The notes under the pieces: model-generated
Database searches by the model: none
What the model was told of the DNA's origin: nothing
The model's input: the letters and a program-made list of their open reading frames with translations, nothing else
Shown: in pieces, positions 57,937 through 64,000 of the stretch
Layout: each line of letters starts with the position of its first letter
How positions within the stretch are numbered: the first letter of the stretch is position 1
Translations under genes and position numbers: made by a program
Origin: Alphaproteobacteria bacterium
Lineage (GTDB): Bacteria; Pseudomonadota; Alphaproteobacteria; UBA7887
Assembly (NCBI GenBank): GCA_965216755.1
Contig: CBDCGL010000011.1
Coordinates: 4,256,001 to 4,320,000 of the forward strand
Length of the DNA stretch: 64,000 bases
Direction: 5' to 3'

Positions 57937-58698
57937 TCAGGGCGCAATTTCGATTGAGTCCACTTTGTCCGGATAGAAGCACAAGTGGTCTTTCATCTTT
58001 GCCACCTCTGGTAAGGGTGCCGGATAGCTCCATGCAATGTCTCTGATCGTGTCACCCTCTACTTCGATTGACCAATGAACGGCCGTGCCCTTATACGGGC
58101 AGGATGTTCGTGTCTCCGAAGGCCGCAAAAGATCACGTCGTACATCCATTAGGGGGATGTAATAACGGGGTGGAAGACCGGTCTCGAACAGGAACACCGC
58201 AGTGCGCGAATCCGCGATTGTGATGCCCTTCAATTTGATCGTAACCGCGCGCGAACTGCGCAAAACGTCAATGCGCACACGCGGGTCGCGGGCGTGGACA
58301 AAGACCTCTTCATCTTCTTCCAACCAACACTCCAGCCGATTCCAATAAAAAGCTACGTAATCCTTGAGTTCGCGTACTTCGGCATAGGGATTGTCATAGC
58401 CCCAGACCGCGTTTTGAGACCGCCGCGCGCCAACCGTGATCGTCCAATAACGTGCCGTGCCCTTGAATGGGCATTCGGTCTGGTGATCGGTGGCGTCGAG
58501 CAACTCCATGCGGACGTCGGCGCGCGGCAGGTAGTAAACCGGCGTGTGGCGTGATTCGCGCATCAGCAACGCGCGCGTCGTGTCGGCGATGGTCGCGCCG
58601 GCGAAACGCGCCCGAATCCGTTTCGCGCATGGTTCCAAGGCGACCATATGGTCTGGATGGCGGACGTAACCGGGACCCGGGTTGGCATCGTCGGGCAT
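57937..58698 (-). CDS. Tandem DUF427 domain protein
   Basis: Two copies of YYxP..DVR...T.CP(F/Y)KG.A..W...WxY..P..EV...KD..(A/C)FY. Confidence 0.88.
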   Translation of the reverse strand: MPDDANPGPGYVRHPDHMVALEPCAKRIRARFAGATIADTTRALLMRESRHTPVYYLPRADVRMELLDATDHQTECPFKGTARYWTITVGARRSQNAVWGYDNPYAEVRELKDYVAFYWNRLECWLEEDEEVFVHARDPRVRIDVLRSSRAVTIKLKGITIADSRTAVFLFETGLPPRYYIPLMDVRRDLLRPSETRTSCPYKGTAVHWSIEVEGDTIRDIAWSYPAPLPEVAKMKDHLCFYPDKVDSIEIAP

Positions 58699-58765
58699 GG
58701 CAGGCCTCCTGACTTTCACGTGAGATCCCCACTAGACTAAACCGAATTCGCTTTGTGGAGGCAGC

Positions 58766-60157
58766 ATGAAGTCATTTGTCGTCGGCACCATCCTGGCACT
58801 GGCCCTGGCTCAGGGCCCGCGCGCCGCCGCGGAGACCCTTGCTCTCATTGGTGCGACCGTGGTCGATCCGGCGCGCGCCGGATCGATAGCCGATGGCGCT
58901 GTCGTGATCCGCGACGACCGGGTCGCGGCGGTGGGCGGACGCGATGACGTGGAGGTGCCCGCAGACGCACGCGTGGTCGATCTCACCGGCAAATGGATCG
59001 TTCCGGGACTGATCGACGCCCATATCCACTTTTTTCAATCAGGTGGTCTCTACACGCGGCCTGATATCATCGATCTCCGTGCGCTTCGGCCTTATGGGCA
59101 GGAAATCGCGACGATACGGGCCCGGCTCCCCGAGACCCTAGCGCGCTATATCGCCAGCGGCATCACAGCTGTCGCCGATGTCGGCGGCCCATTCTGGACC
59201 CTGCGTATCGCTGCCGAATTGGACTCGTTGGACGCTGCGCCGCGCATCGCCGCCAGCGGTCCGCTGATATCGACCTATTGGCCGCGTGCCCTTGATATTG
59301 CCGATCGGGCCATCGCCCATGTGACCACGCCCGAAGAGGCCCGTGCGCGGGTGCGCGACCATGTGGCGCGAGGCGCCCAGATGATCAAGATTTGGTTTGT
59401 CCGCATCGCCGGCGAAGACCTCGAAGATGCGATCGCGTGGGTTCGTGCAGCGGTTGCTGAGGCCCATGGTGCCGGGCTAGCCGTCGCGATTCATGCCACC
59501 CAATTGGAAACCGCTCACGCGGCCGTCGATGCGGGGGCCGATATTCTAGTTCACAGCGTCGACAATGCGCCGATCGACGATGGGCTGCTCGACAAGCTGC
59601 GTGCCGGCAATGTCGTCTACACGCCCGCCTTGGCGGTTTATGAAGGATATCGCGAGGTACTGGGGCAACATGTGGGACTAACAGACATCGACCGCCGGGT
59701 CGGTGATCCAGCTGTTATCGCAAGCTTCGATGATCTCGCCGACATTTCGGCCGACATGTTGCCGTGGGGCGCGCAACGGCGCCAGCCGCAGCCAATAAAT
59801 CCGATCATGACCGACAATCTGATCCGCGTTCAGCGCGCTGGCATCACCATTGCCGCCGGCTCGGACGCCGGCAATATCGGCACATTGCACGGATCCGGCT
59901 TGCATCGAGAGTTCGAGATCATGGAGGACGTGGGTATGTCGCCGATGGCGGTCTTGGCCAGCGCGACTCTGAGCGGAGCACACGTGATGGGTATGGCTGA
60001 TCGGATCGGCCAGATCGCGCCGGGCTTTTTGGCCGACTTGGTGGTATTGAACGCGGATCCCACCCTTAGCGCCACCAATTTGCGGCGGATCGACCGGGTT
60101 ATGAAAGGTGGTGTGTTCTTCGATCCAAACGCCTTGCTGGCCGAGCTTGGCCAATAG
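58766..60157 (+). CDS. Exported metal-dependent amidohydrolase
   Basis: Signal peptide, PGLIDAHIH, AIHA, LVHS, GSDAG, ADLVVL, VMKGG. Confidence 0.88.
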   Translation: MKSFVVGTILALALAQGPRAAAETLALIGATVVDPARAGSIADGAVVIRDDRVAAVGGRDDVEVPADARVVDLTGKWIVPGLIDAHIHFFQSGGLYTRPDIIDLRALRPYGQEIATIRARLPETLARYIASGITAVADVGGPFWTLRIAAELDSLDAAPRIAASGPLISTYWPRALDIADRAIAHVTTPEEARARVRDHVARGAQMIKIWFVRIAGEDLEDAIAWVRAAVAEAHGAGLAVAIHATQLETAHAAVDAGADILVHSVDNAPIDDGLLDKLRAGNVVYTPALAVYEGYREVLGQHVGLTDIDRRVGDPAVIASFDDLADISADMLPWGAQRRQPQPINPIMTDNLIRVQRAGITIAAGSDAGNIGTLHGSGLHREFEIMEDVGMSPMAVLASATLSGAHVMGMADRIGQIAPGFLADLVVLNADPTLSATNLRRIDRVMKGGVFFDPNALLAELGQ

Positions 60158-60173
60158 TCGTTCCTTTCCTCGA

Positions 60174-61733
60174 CTACGCGCCTCGCGCGCTGGCCCATGG
60201 CGACATGATATGGGCGCAGCCGCGTTTGACGCCGTGCGTGGGATCGTCCTGAACGGCCGACGGGCAGGCATAAAACGCGGGATAAACCGTCGGCTGCGCG
60301 GCTTGGCTCGGAAACCTGTCGGTGAGCGCCTTGATCGTGGCCGTCGCCAAGTTCGGATCATAAACAAGAATATCACCGCCGCTGGCGTCGATCCGCGGGT
60401 GGTGAAACGCGCTTTCCAAGTCCATCCGAAAGTCAACCAACGCCGACGTCAACTGAAACACAGCCGGCATGATTCTGCGGCCGCCCGACGCGCCCAAAGC
60501 GGTCCGGGTGCCGTCGTCATGGTGAATGATGGTCGGGCACATGTTGGTCAGCGGCCGGGCGCCGGGCCGAATCGAATTTGGCCGACCGGGGCGGGGGTCG
60601 AACCACATAATGCCGTTGTTCATCAGAATCCCGGTCTCCGGCAGCACCACGTTGCTGCCGAACAATGACAACAAGGTCTGGGTCAGCGAAACCGCCATGC
60701 CGTCGCCATCGACCACGCACATGTGGGTCGTGCACGCCGGCGCGGTGTTGGATTCCGTGTCGCCCAAGCTGGTCAAACGTTGCTCGTAGGCGTCGCGCAG
60801 GCTCTGTGCTTGGGCGATCACTGCCTCGGCGTCCGGCGTCGTACCCTGGGGCGTCAATCGCGACTCCAGCCGCGCCAGCGCGTCGCGCAAGGTTGGCCCC
60901 GCGGTGAGGCCCGGCGGGGCAAATACTTTGGCGTCGCGATATGCGGCGGCCGGCGCCTCAATGACGCGCGCTTGATAGGCACGCAAGTCTTCGACCGAAA
61001 GCGTGCCGCCCAGCGCGGCGACGTCCGCGACTATGCGCTCGCCGACCGGCCCGCGATAAAACGCATCCGGCCCGCCGCGGGCCAATTCGCTGAGCGTTGC
61101 GGTCAGCGCCGGGAAAGGCCGCGTCGGCTTCGTGCCCGACCAGTCACAGACCGGCACAAAGCCGTCGTCCAAGAAGATAGCGCGGCTGCTTGGATAGCGG
61201 CTCAGGTCGCGGGCATTGGACGCGATCAGCGTGGTGGCGTACCAATCGACCGATAGGCCGCCATCAGCAAGGGCGACGGCCGGTGCGAGTGACTCCGCCC
61301 AGCTTCGGGAGCCAAAACGCTCCAACGCGAGCGCCATGCCGGCAACGTGGCCAGGCACCGCCATGGACAGCGACCCCATGACATTGCGATCTTCGACAAC
61401 CGCCGGCCAGCCAAACAGATCACCCCCACTGCCATCGACCAAAGGATAGGCATTCGGATCGAGGGCGATCGGCGCCACCATGGTGAAATCGACAGCGGAA
61501 ACCGTGTTCGCGCCGGCCTCGGCGACCAGCATGACGCCGCCGCCGCCGATCCCGCTCATCCAGGGCTCGACGACGCCGATGGCAAACGCGGCGGCGACCG
61601 CCGCGTCAACGGCATTGCCGCCTTTCGCCAGCACCTCGGCGCCGACCGCCGAGGCCAAATAGTGCTGACTGGCGATCATGCCCCCCTGTGACTTGACCGC
61701 CGGCTTGGTTACCGTCCAATGCTCGCCGCGCAC
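60174..61733 (-). CDS. ggt: Gamma-glutamyltransferase family protein
   Basis: GGNAVDAAVA, EPWMSGIGGGG, VPG, nucleophile TTH, SLTQTL, GASGGRRI. Confidence 0.9.
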   Translation of the reverse strand: MRGEHWTVTKPAVKSQGGMIASQHYLASAVGAEVLAKGGNAVDAAVAAAFAIGVVEPWMSGIGGGGVMLVAEAGANTVSAVDFTMVAPIALDPNAYPLVDGSGGDLFGWPAVVEDRNVMGSLSMAVPGHVAGMALALERFGSRSWAESLAPAVALADGGLSVDWYATTLIASNARDLSRYPSSRAIFLDDGFVPVCDWSGTKPTRPFPALTATLSELARGGPDAFYRGPVGERIVADVAALGGTLSVEDLRAYQARVIEAPAAAYRDAKVFAPPGLTAGPTLRDALARLESRLTPQGTTPDAEAVIAQAQSLRDAYEQRLTSLGDTESNTAPACTTHMCVVDGDGMAVSLTQTLLSLFGSNVVLPETGILMNNGIMWFDPRPGRPNSIRPGARPLTNMCPTIIHHDDGTRTALGASGGRRIMPAVFQLTSALVDFRMDLESAFHHPRIDASGGDILVYDPNLATATIKALTDRFPSQAAQPTVYPAFYACPSAVQDDPTHGVKRGCAHIMSPWASARGA

Positions 61734-61857
61734 TGCGTCCTCCGTGTTCCAACTTTTGTATCAGGGCATGCTTGGGCGCCAATGCCAAACCTGTCAAGCG
61801 TCTGACGCATAGGCACAGCAGGTGCGCCGGCGGCTAAATTGCGGCATCGTCGGCGTT

Positions 61858-63120
61858 ATGGCTTTGGTTAAACACCCGACCGGTTGGGCCCGCGTACCCG
61901 GCTTTGGCGGTATCGGACGCGCGGTCTCGAACCGAAATTATCGAATCTACGCCGCCGGCAACGTGCTGTCCGTGATCGGTGGCTGGGTGCAGCGAGTCGC
62001 GGTTGTTTGGCTCGCCTGGCAGCTCTCCGAGTCACCGGCTTGGCTGGGCGCGATTGCATTTGCCGACCTACTGCCATCGATTCTGGTTGCGCCATTCGCT
62101 GGCTACATCGCCGACCGGCGCAACAGACTGCACTTGCTGATGATGGCTCAGGCCGCGGCCATGACGCAGGCCGTCATCTTATGTGTGTTGACCGCCTTGG
62201 ATCGGATGACAATCGAAGTGCTTATGGCGCTGACTTTGTTTTTGGGCACTGTCATCGGCTTTAGCCAGCCGGTTCGCTTATCGCTGGTGCCCAGTTTGGT
62301 CCGGCCGCAAGATTTATCTGCCGCTATTGCGGTGAATTCGTTGGTCTTTAACAGCGCACGGTTTGTCGGACCGGCCATTGCCGGTGTCGTCATCGTCAAG
62401 GCTGGTGTCGCCTGGGCGTTTGGGCTCAACGCGCTGAGTTTTCTCGGCTTGCTGGCGGCGCTTGCGCGGTTGCGGCTGCCGCCGCAAGAGCGGGGTGCTA
62501 CCAAGGGCCTTGGCGTGATCGCGGGGTTGCTCGAGGGATTGACCTATGCCAGTCGCCATCCCGGCATCGGCCCGCTATTGGTTTTGTTGGGTGTGTCGGC
62601 GTTCTTTGGCCGCCCGGTGATGGAGCTGTTGGCGGCATTTGCGGGCGACGTCTTCGATCGCGGTGCTGATGGCCTTGCCATGTTGACCGCCGCGAACGGG
62701 TTCGGAGCCATGGCGGCTGGATTTTGGCTGTCGCAACGTGGCCCGGTACGCGGCCTGACGCGGGCGGCGGTCGTCAGCGTATTGGTTTTTGGCGTTGCGA
62801 TTGCGCTGTTCGGCATCACGGAATTGTTCGCCGCAGCTTTGGTATGCATTGGCGTCGCCGGTTTTGCCATGGTGGTCGGTGCGGTTGGGATTCAAACGTT
62901 GTTGCAATTCTCGGTCGACAGCACCATGCGCGGCCGGGTGCTGAGCCTCTATGGGCTGACGTTTCGGGGCGGCATTGCCATCGGCGCCCTGGCAATGGGA
63001 ACGGCGGCGGATCATTTTGGGCTCGCCCTGCCGGTGATTGTCGGTGGTACGATGTGCGCGACGGCTTGGCTTTTTGCGGTACGACGCATCCACGTCTATG
63101 CGGCCGCGTTAGAGGACTGA
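61858..63120 (+). CDS. MFS transporter
   Basis: RNYRIY..GN..S.IG.W, AGYIADR, NSARFVGPAIAG, MRGRVLSLY; about 12 TMs. Confidence 0.9.
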   Translation: MALVKHPTGWARVPGFGGIGRAVSNRNYRIYAAGNVLSVIGGWVQRVAVVWLAWQLSESPAWLGAIAFADLLPSILVAPFAGYIADRRNRLHLLMMAQAAAMTQAVILCVLTALDRMTIEVLMALTLFLGTVIGFSQPVRLSLVPSLVRPQDLSAAIAVNSLVFNSARFVGPAIAGVVIVKAGVAWAFGLNALSFLGLLAALARLRLPPQERGATKGLGVIAGLLEGLTYASRHPGIGPLLVLLGVSAFFGRPVMELLAAFAGDVFDRGADGLAMLTAANGFGAMAAGFWLSQRGPVRGLTRAAVVSVLVFGVAIALFGITELFAAALVCIGVAGFAMVVGAVGIQTLLQFSVDSTMRGRVLSLYGLTFRGGIAIGALAMGTAADHFGLALPVIVGGTMCATAWLFAVRRIHVYAAALED

Positions 63121-63199
63121 ACTTGCCTTTTCCGAGGCCACGCTGGCCACGATCTATTTCGCCTGAACCGTTCCCGATGCCATCATTTGTCTTAGCGCC

Positions 63200-64000
63200 C
63201 TAATTGAGATGGGCACGAAACCAATCGATTGCCTGTTCGATCGCCTCGGCGCGATGGGGCCCATAGACTGTGTAGTGGTCACCGGGAAACAATTTGTATC
63301 CCGCCGGGGCGTGTTGACCGATAATTTCATAGACCGCGCGACCGTTCGCGGCGCTATCGAAATACTGGTCGTCCTTCGCATCCAGAATCAATGTCGCGGC
63401 TATCACCCGATGGGCGTTCTCAAGTGGCCGGTGCTGCACCATTTTCGCGAAATCTGGCCAGCCACCGGCGAGCTCGTCGACACCCATAGCAGAACCATCA
63501 ATTTCACCGCGTGCCTTCTGGACCATGCGCTTTTTTCCCAACTCAATCCGTTCCGTCGTGCGGGCGACACCCATGAAGCCGACCTGTGCCACGACCGCCG
63601 CGACACGTGGCTCGCGGGCGGCGGCCTCGATCACGTGACCGCCACCGTAACTTGTGCCCCATAGGCCAATTCGGTCGGCCCGCACATGCGGTTCGCCCAT
63701 GACGAACGCGACCGCGTTGAGCAAGTCTTCGACTTGTTCTTGCGGGTCGATAACCTTGCGGATCTCGCGTACACGAACGATCGCCGTGCCGTCCGGATCG
63801 GGTGTTGGAATCGGCTCGGAGGTGGTCAAGCGGCCGTCGCTGCCGCCCCAGCCCCGATAGTCAAACGTCAACACAATGAACCCGTACGACTCGAAAATCG
63901 GTGCGTAACTGTCGTTGAGCTCGGCGCGCAAGCCCCCCCATCCCTGGGCGAGAACAATGGCCGCGCGCTTTTCATCCGCGGCTAGGTCGTCGGGCAGCCA
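63200..64000 (-). CDS. Alpha/beta hydrolase (5' end outside the window)
   Basis: Frame is open to the edge (WLPDDLAADEKRAAIVLAQGWGGLR...); FDYRGWGGSDG, GLWGTSYGGG, DH. Confidence 0.85.
   Translation of the reverse strand, partial: WLPDDLAADEKRAAIVLAQGWGGLRAELNDSYAPIFESYGFIVLTFDYRGWGGSDGRLTTSEPIPTPDPDGTAIVRVREIRKVIDPQEQVEDLLNAVAFVMGEPHVRADRIGLWGTSYGGGHVIEAAAREPRVAAVVAQVGFMGVARTTERIELGKKRMVQKARGEIDGSAMGVDELAGGWPDFAKMVQHRPLENAHRVIAATLILDAKDDQYFDSAANGRAVYEIIGQHAPAGYKLFPGDHYTVYGPHRAEAIEQAIDWFRAHLN

Noticed and set aside
63933-63939. C7 homopolymer as a frameshift or phase-variation site
   Set aside because: The minus-strand frame reads through as W-G-G-L, and the run is short for this GC content.

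Overview
GC-rich bacterial DNA, most likely an alphaproteobacterium (inferred from the suf operon layout and protein style). The centre (~6.2-49.9 kb) is a Wzx/Wzy-type surface-polysaccharide locus: priming glycosyltransferase, flippase, polymerase/ligase, three GT4s, AlgD-like dehydrogenase, heparinase II/III-like protein, two AsnB amidotransferases, a deacetylase and two membrane-anchored SGNH proteins. Two modification machines are embedded in it. (1) A three-gene, thioesterase-less NRPS (F-[C*]-A(LLM)-T; Cy-A-T-Ox; C-A-T) followed by two atypical alpha/beta-hydrolases; its PPTase lies directly behind the priming glycosyltransferase. (2) An SxtJ/SxtK/SxtI-like carbamoyltransferase cassette whose 49-aa peptide (missing from the ORF track) ends in FIYTIF, matching the DltX/MBOAT acyl-shuttle motif. 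Best hypothesis, unproven: a glycan decorated with an NRPS-made formyl-Gly-azole-Gly unit and with carbamoyl groups relayed across the membrane. Flanks: a penicillin acylase-GH3 pair, surface proteins, a complete Rrf2-sufBCDSUTA operon, a perfect 38-bp inverted-repeat element, a histone H1-like protein and several hydrolase/transport genes. No rRNA, tRNA, CRISPR array or transposase was recognised. All assignments come from reading motifs by eye; no searches were run.
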